From NCBI GenBank assembly GCA_021613535.1, contig CP075494.1, forward strand, positions 4,092,001 to 4,156,000: 64,000 bases of DNA, written 5' to 3'. The translations under genes were made by a program, and so were the position numbers. Below, in pieces: positions 14,235-27,018 of the stretch (within the stretch, counting starts at the first letter, position 1; each line of letters starts with the position of its first letter). This DNA is from Adineta vaga. Taxonomy: Eukaryota; Animalia; Rotifera. Under the pieces are notes generated by a model. That model saw only the letters and a list, made by a program, of their open reading frames with translations, was not told where the DNA came from and did no database searches.

Positions 14235-14854
14235 TTGTCTGAAATAGAAATAGTATTTATGAAACGGACTATTTCGATGGATTCAACATTATTCTAACGC
14301 GAAAGTTTCTTTGTTACTATGGACCGATCTGCAGAGTGGTAAAGTGAAAATTTTGATTAAAAACATGTTTCTGTTTCATTCTCCTTTCGTCTCTCGAAGG
14401 GCTACCTGACGTTTTATCGCCAGAAGAGAAGGAAAGATAAAGCAACCTTTTACGATTTCTTTTCTTATGAAAAACTAGAAAAACAAAGCGAGCATGTGCA
14501 AATGAAGACATCTTTCGCCGAAAAATTGAGAATAGTCATGCTGTTTGAATGTTTGGATTTAACGATGTGCGTATAGTATAGTTCAAATATACAGAAAATA
14601 TATGAACCATATCGCGCACGGAAGTACAAAAAAAAATTTCATCAAGACTATTTTTTTATTCGTATGAAAAGTGACAAATGTTGATTATAAGTACGCTATG
14701 GCTGATACAATGATTTTGATAATCTACGAACGATAGACGGCAACACTAATGATAATGATGAAACTAATAGATGGCTTTGTATTGATCTATTTGGATAAAT
14801 TGCACTCTTTTTGTACTATCGTTCTTGATTTGAAGAGTAGCGACAAACTTTTCG

Positions 14855-14893
14855 AGGGTGGGTGTGCTCTTAATCCTCATCCATACCCACCCT
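14855..14893. repeat. Short inverted-repeat element with telomere-like arms
   Basis: AGGGTGGGTGTG...CATACCCACCCT; shares TGCTCTTAA and its arms with the copy at 32169-32222. Confidence 0.6.
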
Positions 14894-14904
14894 TAAGTTC
14901 TCTA

Positions 14905-15740
14905 TCAGTTTATAGAAGAATATTGATTAGAAAAAAAACTATAGAAAGAACAAAGGTACAAAAGAGTAACAAAGACATCGTGATGATATCCATTATTATT
15001 TTGACAATTAAAATCAGGAGATGAACCGTTTAGTTTTAGAATCATATCAATTGAAGTTTGATCTAATGGTTTTGTTTGATTTTGATCATCAACTACCATC
15101 CAACCAAGAATTGGATAATCGTCTCGAATAAAATAATTTCCATTAACTAATTCATATGAAAGCTCACGTGAATAATTTCCCGTCCAATAATACGTATACC
15201 AATTTTCTTCAGCAATGTGAATAACATCCGACAAAACATCAACAATGACAGCCACATGACCATAAGGTACAGCAGTTCCTGATCGATTATAAATAAGTAA
15301 AGATTCATTCATTGGTCGATAAGGAGAACCATTAGAATATTTTCGAAAAGCAAAACATTTCTTATCTTGAACTCGTTGAACAGAATCTAATTGTGTCCAC
15401 ATATCAGCCGCACTGTCAATACTTGCAAAAACACAACCTTTGCGTTTAAATAACCATCGACGTGCATATTCAACACATTGCCATTTTATACCCATAAAAA
15501 CTCCATATAGATATGAATCACTATCGGATATAAAACTATCATTTCCATTTGAATATGCTTCGACAGTACTTGATGCATATCCAACAATTGTATTATAAGG
15601 TGCAGACGTTCGATTCACTATGAAAAAAATACAAAATTGATAATTAAATTAGTCGATGAATGATTACCTGATACTGATTCGATATTCAAATAATAGTTTG
15701 AGTTGAGAATGAAACAAATGAAGAAAAATTTTCTTATCAT
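14905..15740 (-). CDS. Secreted CHAP-domain amidase (glutathionylspermidine-amidase-like), possibly GPI-anchored
   Basis: Exon 1 15740-15669 (signal-like MIRKFFFICFIL) and exon 2 15617-14905, containing GIKWQCVEYARRWL, YGHVAVI and AEEN, with a hydrophobic C-terminal tail. Confidence 0.88.
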
Positions 15741-18700
15741 ATTTAATTGAATCGATGATGATGAACTTCTATGTAAATCATCAAAAAAGAGCAAATTTTA
15801 ACAATGTGACTATATACTCACCTTTACCACATACAATAAATGTTATCTTTTGTTTCTTCTATACGCAACAAAACTTAATCTGTAGTTTTTTTTATGTTTG
15901 AGAAGAAAAAAAACATGCTCTTTTACATTTATCTAAATAAAATTTGACTGAAGAAAGAAAAACAAGTCGAATCGACCTTGTGATATAGGTATTAGTCGAT
16001 TCGTTTACGATTTCAGTTGATTAAAAAAACATTCAGGGTAATGCACGCATCTTGATGGCGTGGGTGGGTGTTGGTGTTAATATAAATTATCTAATGAGAA
16101 GACATGAACTCCTACACTCACCCTCTTACCTAATATATGATATTAGAGAAACAGTCAAATTAACGCCCATCACGTCCTTGCCGATGATTTCAAAATAAGT
16201 AGAACGATATCAATATTTTGTTCTTTTGATGTAGTCTCCCAAGTTTGAATAACTAATTGCTAAGCTCTTTTCGCTTTCTTCGAGTAAACTTGATGAGTCA
16301 GGTCTATGTCGATAACGTGTAAAACATTATCAAACTGAACCAGCAAAGAAATAAACTCAATGAAGAGCATTTTTATTGTGATATATTCATCCATTCAGTT
16401 GTCTTTATGTATTATCAATGAACAGAAAGTTTAAAAAACAACGAACTTCTGCGTATCTGACCTGATCATCAATGTCTTACAGACATTTATTTCAAGAAAA
16501 TTTAAATATATGACAACGAGTAACATGTTTTTAAATTAATTGAAATAAGATTGGTGTGTAAGTAGATGAGAGTGACATATTTGTAAAGGAAAAATAGCTT
16601 TTTGAAAACCTTCGTGGAAATTATTAGATTTTCGCTATATTTTGATAATTTTTGGTACCTTTGGTAATTCGAATTAAATCGATGAATTCATTGAAAACTA
16701 GAAGAAAATCACCTCCTTCTATTGAAATGAATCGATATATTAAGTTTTCAAAGATTTTTATTTGTATCCAAAGAGAAACAACTTAGAATTCTTTTGACCA
16801 GACAATTAAAACACTCTTCCAATGATAGATTCGACAAGATAATACTATAATTTTGCAAAAAATGTTTGTATCAACCATTATACACATAGAAAAGCTGATC
16901 TATCTCGATACTCGCTCTCTATTGTCTTATTGTTTTTAATACAAAATACGTTTACACAAGACATTAGTTATATCATAGATGCATAGAAGTATGAACGTTT
17001 GATTTTTAATATGTATAACAGTACCAATGTGACAATGCTCTATAATACATGAAGATAAAATTGATTTCTAATTAATTTATTGAAAAATATATTTGAAGAA
17101 AAATTTAAAAAAACAACCTTGAATACGAGTAAATGAAAGATGAATTTTCACTATTAAAATAAAATAACTAACTATAAAAAAAAATTTAAATGTCTTTTAA
17201 TTATGATGGCAACAATTTCCACGAGATGTTGCTAAAAATACAGATATAAAATACTACATTTCTATATTATACACCACTATAGTAAGGAAAATGAATTAGA
17301 AAGCTGAACAAAATCATTACAGGATATTCGAATCATTCTCTTATCGAAGTATAAGTTAAGATTTAAGAAAGAAAAATTCACCTTATCGAAAATTCTATAC
17401 AAAAAATTATCTTTATGCTTGAAATGATGAAATTTAAATATATCTTTTGATGAAATCATAGTTTCTGAATAATTATTATTATCGTATTCCAATATCTTTG
17501 AACATTCGACTCTCGTATAAAATAAGATTAACTTTTACAAAACTGCATAGTATTTGAATTGCACTGCGACCATATTCAAAAATATGTCACTGGCTTTGGA
17601 GATAATTCGTATTAACCTAAAGACTTCAACACCAGATGGTTAGTCAATAAATCAAATATGCATCTATTCATATACTTTATTACCTCGGATATGACACACC
17701 TATCAGATTACGGAATATTTCGTCGAATGTTCTATGAATCAATCTTTCAACAGACTATTTAAATTCTTCTTTCGATTAAATATTATATTCTAACTACATG
17801 ATCTAATATAATCTCTGATGGTAGATGAATAAATTATGCAACATCTTTTGATCTGTTCTAGTAGTTTATTCTATCAATTACCATATTTCAACATAAATAT
17901 TCAATAAGAGACATATAAATAGCCGAATAAACCATGTAATCACATGCTCAATTATCCCACTTTGTCAACTCTTGAATTTGAGCTCTATTCTTAAATATCT
18001 CGTATACTAGTAGATGAACGAGTTATGTCGTTTTCTAGTCAAATATTTGAACGAATCAAGCTCTAGACATCAGTGATTTCATACTGAAGTGGAAAAACAA
18101 TCGTAATTGAATGGATCATGCCGTTGTTTGTCAAAGTATCTCATTCAATTGAAACTATATATTATATAGAGTGTGACATATCAAGATAAATGTATAGGTG
18201 ATACAAATATTTGTTCAAGTATTTTATTGCTTGGACTATCAATATTCTCTCACATTACACAATAAGAGTGATGATAGTAGATGGATTACTCATGCAGTTT
18301 TCTATCCTCATATTTTACTCTATCGAAATGTAGATTTCAACCATGATTGTCAATAATAGGTAAGGTAGGAGATGACTGAATTATGTCAATATCTATCTGA
18401 CTATGTCAATCATTCAAACCGAAGATGTCAGTTAGATTATTCATAACAATACTTGATGGTAGGTGAACGATGCGTTGCACGATTCTTTACTCAAATATTT
18501 CGTGAAATTCGCAGTTAGGCATCTGTTAAAATAAGTAATATGAAAGTAGCTAAGTAACAGAATAATTGATATAGCTTTATTCATTTACTTTGTTCATTAC
18601 ACTTCTAGGATACCAATGAAGTATTCAGAGATAGACGATATGTTAGATGAATACGAAGCTCTGTTCAAATATTCAACTGAATTAGTTTTCAAAGCTTATT

Positions 18701-19443
18701 GTGCAATCTAAAGTAAACGGTGACATAAGAATGAAAAGTGTCATTTTGTCAAGTGTGTCTTCAAAATTAATACTCATTACATTAATGTATAACTTGTTAT
18801 TCTATCAGCAGAATATGACACGATAATTAACTGTGACATAAAGCCCATACAATCTATTTCACTACTCTCTTCAACGTAGATTTAGAGTTGTTGAAGATAA
18901 TTAGTCGAGATTCTTCATTGAGTGATGAATAGTTTTTATCATAGTCAGATTCAAATATTTTATTGAATATAACTGTACTGATAGCACTTATGAAAGATTC
19001 AATATCAAGTAAAAAACGACTATGCTACACGATAAATATGTTCAACTATGTCGTGTATTCGATGGTTGAGTAGTAGTACGAATAGAGAATGCACTATCAA
19101 CTCATGAATGATTACATTGAACGATGATTATATTTAAGTATCTCATTCGTTAGAACTTCATATTTACATCATAAGAGACATTGATTAAAAGACTACAAAT
19201 GAACAAGTAATACGAGTTTCTATTCTACTACTTTGTAATTGAGACGATCAGTTTTTCGATTGGATTTCACATATCTAAATCAAGTAATAGATTAATAAAT
19301 TGACTGAATGTTACGTTCAAATATTAAGATCATAATTCGATGGAAGTATGACACAGTGTATATGAAAGAAAGAACGCATGTAAAGTGAATATTGACTATT
19401 ATAGATTTATCCATATATGTCAGACAATGATCAGAAAATCATT

Positions 19444-19739
19444 TCAACGCTTTTTCCAATACGCATCAAAAAGATACTGAAAGATGCAGAGATGATTTAT
19501 CTAATATTATATCTAATCTCCTATATCCAATAAGACACCATCAAGAAATGCACTTGTATGAAAAATGAATCATTTTCAAGTTCACTCATGAACTGATCAA
19601 CAAGATTGTTGGAATTATGCCCTCGTTTTTCCATCAAGTCTGACTCTTCGAAACTATCTTGAGCATAACGACCTTGGCAAATTGTTGCCAAAAGGACCAA
19701 GATTATCATTGACCAAGTAACAATAATTGTGTTGTACAT
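19444..19739 (-). CDS. Small secreted peptide / neuropeptide-like precursor
   Basis: Signal peptide MYNTIIVTWSMIILVLLATICQG, acidic spacer, MEKR cleavage site; a probable second exon ends YLFDAYWKKR*. TATA-like motif upstream (about 19820). Splicing is ambiguous. Confidence 0.6.
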
Positions 19740-21412
19740 TGTATTGAAGTGCTTGCTTGATTGAAATAATGTTATTGAGGATTAAAAAATTGTTAGTAAA
19801 TACAAGCTTTTTTACATCAGTATATATGTGCTGTATAATGGGTAAATAGAGAGAGAAATAAAATATATCTAATATTTACTGTGCGTATCAAGATAAACAA
19901 AAGTATTTCTCGCTTGTACAGACGAGCAAAAAAGCAATAATCTCATTCTTTATCCTTGTATAAGCAAAAACAAATCTTGAGAATGTCGCACCTATCATTA
20001 AATACGTCAATATGTTGATCAAGAGAAAAATTTATTTTGCTAAGATCAGTAATCATGTTTACCTATATTATAGCCTTAAAAGTATCATCTTTCTTTTTCG
20101 ATTCTCTTTATATGTAGTTTTAGATAGAAATAATAAGAAGCTTTACGTTGTAAAAATACCCTGCAAGTGCATATTTTTTGTATATGATAACGTAAAAAGA
20201 AATAAGACGAAAGGTAAGTCTACTTAATTTAACGAGCACAACTAAGACAAAAGAATACTCTCAAATTTTTTATCATAATCGATAGAACACATCACACGTA
20301 TACATAAAGCAAAAGAGAACGAAAAAGGAAAAGAACGATATTAATGATAAATATCATTCAACTGGAACAGTACGAAGTATATGCAAAGAATAACGTTAAC
20401 TTAAAATCAATTAATTGAAGATGATAAAGTGAAAAAAAGAAGATCGATGTGTAAATGAAAGTGTTTTAAAATATGAGCGATAATAATTTTTTTTCATTGA
20501 GAAATAGTTTTAGATGCTTTAATGAAAAGTATAAAAATCAAAAGTCATATAACGATTGTGATATTGTAGATAAAACTACAGATTATGCTCTTCTGAATAA
20601 AACAAAAACAATTTTTTTCCTCGCATTCATTCATCCATTATAAATAAATATGAAAGAGTTAAAAGTATTCTTCTGTTTAAGCGTGATGACAAACTTCACT
20701 AGTTGCCTGGATCTATTAAGTTGAACAATACCAAAACCAACATCTCTTCGAAATAATGATGTAGCAATTGACGCATATACACTGAAAAATGGAGCGATAC
20801 TCATGGCATTCAATAATCTGAATGGTACATCAAGATCATCATTACCTGTAGCACTTTCTTTTGATAATGAAATGACATGACCATATATCATAGAAATGTT
20901 CAGATTCGGTTAAACAAGAATAATAAACTATTTTAGATAGAAATCGATGAATTAATGGCAATTTTAGCTTCTCATTCGTTTGAATTTGAATAGAATGCTA
21001 TTTAGAATTGTCTTGAGTAACATTTCTTATCTGAGCATTAGAGTTTGGATAATGAAGAAGAATATATATCCTTACTCTTCTATTGTTTAGTAAAATAAAA
21101 TAAATAGATGTGATGTATTTTATCTTTCTATAACATAAACTATAAATCTGAAAATTGTAAGTGATATTTAATGACTTATCACGTATTTGAAATAACATTT
21201 CATCAAAATTCGATGCCATTTAAATTACTTATGGCTGTTTTATATTCTCTTTTTCTTGTTCGTTTTAATCATTAAATTTGATATTTGAGAAGATAATTAC
21301 TTGATGAGAGATGAAGAGTGATGTGAAGAATCGATAACCTTTTTTCTAAATTACATATCTTCTTATATAAAAACACAATTCTTCAAAAAGTAGCAAGATT
21401 AGTTCCATCGTC

Positions 21413-24400
21413 ATGAATAATCATCGTTTACGTTCTATTATAATCAATCTTCGACATCGTCTTACTGATCATGATCGAAAACGACTTCATTTCTATGTTG
21501 GTAATGATGTCATACGAATAATTCAAGACCATCCGACACTTGCTACAACTCTCAATCGCATTGGATCCCTTATCGATCAAAATAGAATTAATAATAAAGA
21601 GCTCGGTTATCTAATCAATGCGCTTGACGAAATCTATTGTTGTGATGCTACAAAATCCTTACGAGGTAAATTCACTTTTTGCGTTTAGTATAATATTATC
21701 AATCACTGTGTTTAGATTATCAAAATAGAAATTGTGCAGATCATTTGAATGTATCGATATACAACTTATCAGAAATGATGCCACCTCGTCGATGGAGTCA
21801 TTCAAAATCATGTAAGTAATCAATGAAATCGTCTGATCTTCTGATTTCATATAAACTCAAATTTAGTTTCTCTTCATCGTGATGATAATAATTACAATGA
21901 TATAAGAGGCAATAACAAGGAAAAATTACTAAAGAGATGTACTTTCGTATTTGTTCTGTTACTTCTTGTCGTAAATACAGAAGTATTATTTCTTTCTTTT
22001 TGGAATCATCATGAATTTCGTCAATTGGAAAAAGAAAATCTTGGATTCACGGAAATGATAAAAGAAATCAAAAGAAATCAAAATGTGAATGCCGGAAACT
22101 TAAATCAATCGGAAGAGAAGCTGGCAAAAATGGGAAGTAAGACTTCGATAAAACTACTTTCTGAGAATAGATATCTGAACGATTTCAATGTATTACATCA
22201 AACTCGATCAAGACTATATTATAGATAAAGAGTAATACAGATGAACTTCAAAGCATTCTCTTCAGTCCTCTGCTTACCTCTAATCACCCTCTAAGTGTCG
22301 CTATGTATGTTCAAGTAAAGAATGGAGTGTTTTAAAAAATAGATAGAATACATATTTCCATTTTAAAGCTCTCAGTTGACAATCTATATAGCTTTTATTA
22401 CTGCTTACTACATAATCTTTTTAGTCTATACCAAGTCAAAGTATCAATCAAACGTTCTCGAAAACTACTGCAATACAATGCGAAACTTGAACAAATCACT
22501 TTCTTCTAATCATTCGAACCTACTCAACAGTTACAACAACATTGGTACTGTGTTTTCCAACATGGGAATGCATTTACAAGCGCTTGAAAACTACAACAAA
22601 GCACTCGAGATTAGACTCATATCTCTACATTCGAATCATCCAGATATTGCCACTAGTTATGATAACATTGGTTTAATCTATTACGAGAAGGGAGACTATA
22701 TACGAGCTCTTGAATATTACAACAAAGCCCTTGGGATTAGAGGGATATCACTTCCTTCTTCTCATATAGACTTCGCTATTAGTTACAACAGCATTGGCTT
22801 AGCTTATAATCAGATGGGAGACTATTCAAGAGCTCTCGAAAACCACAACATAGCACTTACCATTCAAGAAAAATCTCTTGCTTTCAATCACCCAGATTTA
22901 GCCGTTAGTTATAACCATATTGGAAACGTATATTTCACTACGGGGCACCACTTAAGAGCTCTTGAAAACTATTACAAGGCAATACGAATTCAACAAGAAT
23001 TATTCCCTTCTCATCAACTCGACTTAGCTACCACTTATAGTAACATTGGTAACGTGTACAATGATATGGGTAATCACTCAATAGCACTTGAATACCATAG
23101 AAAAGGCTTTGACATTAGAACAAACTCTCTCTCCGGCAAGCATCCACATTTAGGTAATAGTTACCAGAACATTGGTTCCGTATTTTTCGAAATGGGAAAA
23201 TATGCAAAGGCACTCAGATACTACAATAGTGCACTTTTAATTGATCAGAAAACTCTCCCTCTTACTCATCCGAAAATAGCTGATAATTACAACAACATTG
23301 GCTTAGTTTATAATCTAATGGGAGACCGGTCAAAAGCTCTGGAAAACTACAACGAGGCACTCAATATTCAACAAAGATCTCTTGATTCCAATCATCCAAA
23401 CTTAGCTACCATTTATGACAACATCGGTTCATTGTATTCTGATATGGAAGAGCACTCGAGAGCTCTCGAAAACTATGAAAAGGCACTCGAAATTAGAAAA
23501 AAGTCTCTTTCTCTCAATCATCCTGGCTTAGCTACTAGCTACAGCAATATTGGTAACGTGTATTCTATTACAAGAGACCATTCGAGAGCTCTGGAAAATC
23601 ATAACAAGGCACTGGAGATTAGACGTAAATCTCTTGATTTTTCTCATCCTGATTTAGCTACTAGTTATGATAACATCGGTACAGTGTATTCTCACATGAA
23701 TGACTACACCAGAGCACTGGAAAATCGTAACAAGGCGCTCGAAATCAGACAAAAATCCCTTTCCAAAAATCATCCACACCTAGCGAAAAGCTACAACAAC
23801 ATTGGTGTCTTGTATTCCGATATGGGAGAATACTCAAAAGCTCTGGAAAATCATAACAAGGCGCTGGATATCAGACAAACATCACTTCTTCCTGATCATC
23901 CAGACTTAGCCATTAGCTACACGAATATTGGTTCGGTATATTTTAACATGGGAGACTATTCCAAAGCTTTCGAAAATTACAACAAATCCCTCGAGATAAG
24001 ACAAAGAGTTTTGCCGGCCGATCATCCGCACTTAGGTCTCACTTACAACAATATTGGCTCAGTGTACTTTAAGACGGAGAAATACTCAAGAGCTCTTGAA
24101 AACTACGAGAAAGCACTAGAAATTGAACTCAAATCTCTTCATTCAAACCATCCAGATTTAGGAATCATTTACAGTAACATCGGTTCAGTTTATTCAAAGA
24201 TGGGAGACTATTCAAGAGCTCTTGAAAACCACGAAAAGGGACTTGACATTGATCATAAAACTTTTTCTCCCGATCACCCACTCAAAGCTACCAGTTACAA
24301 CAATATTGGATTAGTTTATTATAAAATGGGAGATCATTCAAGAGCTCTTGAGAATCTCCAAAAGGCACTCGAGATTAGACAAAAATCTCTTGGTTTCAAT

Positions 24401-24952
24401 CATCCAGACTTAGGTAGTAGTTATAATAACATTGGTTTAGTGTATTCTGATAACGGAAACTATTCAAAAGCTCTTGAATACTACAACAAGGCACTTGACA
24501 TAGCAAATAAATCCCTTCCTTCTGATCATATACATTTAATTATCAGTTACAACAACATTGCTTCAATGTATTTAAAAATGGGAGAATATGCGAAAACTCT
24601 CGAATATTGTATCAAGACGCTGATGATTCAACAAAAATCTCTTCCTCCAACTCATCAAGACATAGCTATCAGTTATGAAACCATCGGTATTTTATACTTC
24701 AACATGGGAGAATATTCAAAAGCCCTTGAAAACTATCAGAAAGTACTCGCAATTAAAGAAGGATCTCTTCTCTTTACTCATTCAGACTTAGGTACCATCC
24801 ACCACAAGATGGAAGAATACTCGAAGGCTCTAGAAAATTACTCAAAGGCACTACTAATTCTAGGTCAATCTCTGCCTAAAACGCATCCAACATTAGCTAT
24901 TATTCACGATAAAATTCGATCGGTGTTTTACAAGATGAAAGACCAGTCATAA
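21413..24952 (+). CDS. DED-like domain + transmembrane segment + coiled coil + about 19 TPR (42-aa) repeats
   Basis: Exon 1 has a death-effector-like helix pattern (LRSIIINLRHRLTDHDRKRLHFYVG...LINALDEIYC). GT-AG joins through CTFVFVLLLLVVNTEVLFLSFW can be made in frame with the 858-aa ORF of HPDLATSYNNIGxVYxxMGDYSKALENxxKALEI repeats. Confidence 0.8.
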
Positions 24953-25726
24953 ACTCTTGAATATAGCTAAGCACTGCAGACTTAAAGAAAACTTTTTGTA
25001 TTCATTGATTCGTGTAAACGTTATGAACGAATGATCTAAAAAATAGAGTAGTTCGGACTTACTAGCAACACAACTTAATGTATTTTGTTCCATTTATACT
25101 ATTTAGTGATTAAATTGATTTTTTGTGTATCAGAGTAATAATTAGAAGGAACTTTAGAAAATGAGGAGTTTTTTTTTGGGCGATAATTGCTGTTTGGCTA
25201 TAGAAAAGCCAGATGCGTAAGGTGATGAACTTTAGTAAAACATTTAAAATAACTCGGAATGAAAAAAAATCAATTACATCATTTTATTACGAAAGAAATT
25301 ATTAAATATGTTAAAAGACTTCGTTATAATGATTATTACAAGTGCCATCATGTAATCATAAAGCGTACTCTTATAATCAACTATATATCATTCAATTATA
25401 AACAGTTTTGCTTTAGTAACGATTAATTTTGTTGCTGTTCTTTTATAACAAAGAATCATTATCAAGACAGTATACATGTAGAACTGACTCACGTACTGTG
25501 TCTTGCTCATCTATTCTTTATTTTCGTTGCCTATGAGTATACGTGGTCGCATGAAAATATATCAGCTTTATCTTTCACTATCTTCCTTTCGATCTCTCCT
25601 CGCCGTTTTTCTAAATATAAAGAGAACGACCACTAATATATACATTATTCTTCATTGTCTTCACAGTTAACAATGATAATGTGTTTTTTTTCTCAGTAGA
25701 TATACGATCTTATAACATTAACCATC

Positions 25727-26109
25727 ATGACTGAACAGCGATATAGTGCTGTTATTAAAAGTACCGATATGGTAGATGATATGCAACAAAAAGCTGGTAT
25801 GTAGTTTCAATCTATAGAAATTCAATTAGAACATTTTGATTGTCGTCATTAGTTGATACTGCAGCTGACGGGTTTGACAAATACAATATTGAAAAAGATA
25901 TTGCTGCTTATATAAAAAAAGAGTTTGATAGAGAGCACGGTCCAACATGGCATTGGTAAGTTTTAAATTGAGTCTCATTATCTTTCTGTATCTTTTTTCA
26001 TTCCAGCGTTGTGGGTCGTAGTTTTGGTTCATATGTAACACATGAAACCAAGCATTTCATTTACTTTTATCTAGGCAAAAATGCTATTTTACTATTCAAA
26101 TCAGGTTAA
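25727..26109 (+). CDS. DYNLL: Dynein light chain LC8 family
   Basis: Exons 25727-25796, 25853-25955 and 26007-26109 give [15 protein letters not shown]...[14 protein letters not shown]...[28 protein letters not shown]...LLFKSG*. Confidence 0.96.
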
Positions 26110-26280
26110 AATTTGAAATAATAACCAGTTCCCAAAATTCATTCTTAGACAGATTGTTGTTCGAAAATCTTTTCCTTATTCACACTTTGTATTTCATATA
26201 CGTTTTTTCTATTTCTGATGATTATAATTTGAATTGATTTTAAAAATGATTTATAAACACATGAAAGACTATTCGTCTAA

Positions 26281-26712
26281 TTAGTCAATTCGAGTGACGA
26301 TTTCCGTTTCAAGACCAGGTGATGATATAGATTGAGGACAAACTGGAATCAATTTGGGATCTTTATGAATATATTCTGTATAACCAGTACCATTACGTAC
26401 TAAAAGTGAACAACGTAATGCTGGTTCACTAGCATAAATTTGTACACATTCATGAAAGACATAAATATCACCAATTTGTTGTAGAGGTGCTGTCATAGTC
26501 AAAGTACCATTTTCACCCGTTGAAAATGTTACATTTGCATATCTTTTTCCAAATCTAGCATTGGCTGATGTACCATCAGCAAATTCTGCATGAAAATAAC
26601 CAACCATCCATTCCGGAAAAGAAGCTTCGATTGGACAAACTGATGAAGCTATGACGATAGATATAAATGTAAAACCGAGAATAAAAACAAGAACAGCATA
26701 GTTTTTCATCAT
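26281..26712 (-). CDS. Small secreted beta-rich protein of unknown function
   Basis: Intact 143-aa ORF with a signal peptide, four Cys and N-glycosylation sequons. Confidence 0.75.
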   Translation of the reverse strand: MMKNYAVLVFILGFTFISIVIASSVCPIEASFPEWMVGYFHAEFADGTSANARFGKRYANVTFSTGENGTLTMTAPLQQIGDIYVFHECVQIYASEPALRCSLLVRNGTGYTEYIHKDPKLIPVCPQSISSPGLETEIVTRID

Positions 26713-26946
26713 CTAAAACAAAGATAAATCACATCAATACTGAAAACGATGCTATAGCTTTTATCAAGAGAATATATGTGAGAATAAATATCATCTGGAT
26801 ATCAGAAGAGCATAAAAACGAATAAAATAATTTTCATCTTTGTTTTAAACACTCTTCTTTTCATTATTATACTACCATCTATTACAAAAATGTATGATGC
26901 AATATGTAATTATGAAATTTGTAGTAGTTGAATAAATAAAAATAAG

Positions 26947-27018
26947 TGTCGACGCCGAGAGGCGAACCCGGATGTTGACGTTGGCAACGCCAGATCCTGA
27001 CCGTTAGATTACACCGAC
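26947..27018 (-). tRNA. tRNA-like gene with anticodon GCC (Gly), atypical body
   Basis: GTCGGTG-TA-ATCT-AACGGTCA-GGAT-C-TGGCG-TTGCCAA-CGTCA-ACAT-CCGGG-TTCGCCT-CTCGG-CGTCGAC-A folds as a complete 72-nt cloverleaf and is followed by a T5 run. Confidence 0.8.

Noticed and set aside
16150-19400. Long ORF-poor stretch with faint TPR-like (LAISYSNLG) and F-box/LRR-like fragments
   Set aside because: Too degraded to support a call.
20631-21219. Two short minus-strand ORFs divergent from the DED-like gene
   Set aside because: No recognisable motif and no convincing spliced model.
22500-24900. 126-nt periodic repeat as a CRISPR-like or satellite array
   Set aside because: It is the coding periodicity of 42-aa TPR units, with synonymous variation and no spacers.
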